Source: a virus (taxonomy: Duplodnaviria > Caudoviricetes). From it: a DNA stretch of 35,051 nucleotides. The translations under genes were made by a program, and so were the position numbers. Each line of letters starts with the position of its first letter. The first letter of the stretch is position 1. This document shows positions 35,051-35,051 of the stretch, piece by piece. The DNA is taken from the IMG/VR virus record IMGVR_UViG_3300010398_000023, positions 1-35,051 of that record; one strand, given 5' to 3'. The notes beneath the pieces are model-generated. The model searched no databases. It was not told the DNA's origin and saw nothing but the letters and a program-made list of their open reading frames with translations.

Positions 35051-35051
35051 C

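Larger units (their letters stand above)
1..35051 (-). mobile_element. Virion morphogenesis and lysis region of a podovirus-like tailed phage/prophage
   Basis: About 44 co-oriented minus-strand genes, most coupled by ATGA/TGATG/TAATG overlaps. Includes recognisable portal, capsid, GH19 endolysin, holin, fibre and SLT-bearing internal proteins; no tape measure or tail tube. Confidence 0.95.

Noticed and set aside
1-35051. Genome-wide TAG recoding (genetic code 15)
   Set aside because: Portal, capsid, endolysin and nozzle are intact in code 11; TAGs fall at gene ends and are followed by new starts, often with an RBS.

Overview
The whole window is one tightly packed, GC-rich, minus-strand operon from a tailed phage or prophage with a podovirus-like virion. 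Reading from high to low coordinates it contains: small basic proteins; a spike-like protein and about seven tail-fibre/appendage genes with two small chaperone-like genes; a cluster of signal-peptide-bearing, Cys-rich proteins plus an outer-membrane beta-barrel; holin and GH19 endolysin; portal (with a Zn-ribbon insertion); scaffold; major capsid protein; accessory head proteins; an array of tiny Arg-tailed proteins; adaptor; nozzle; and several large Gly/Pro/Gln-rich ejection proteins, one with a lytic transglycosylase domain. The last giant gene is split by a -1 frame change near 2,040 and runs off the left edge. No terminase, replication, integrase, tRNA or CRISPR features were seen. The most notable observation is that several predicted virion-surface proteins occur twice: once as an ordinary cytoplasmic copy and once as an apparently Sec-exported, disulfide-rich copy encoded around the lysis cassette. 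All family assignments are by eye from motifs and gene order; no searches were run.
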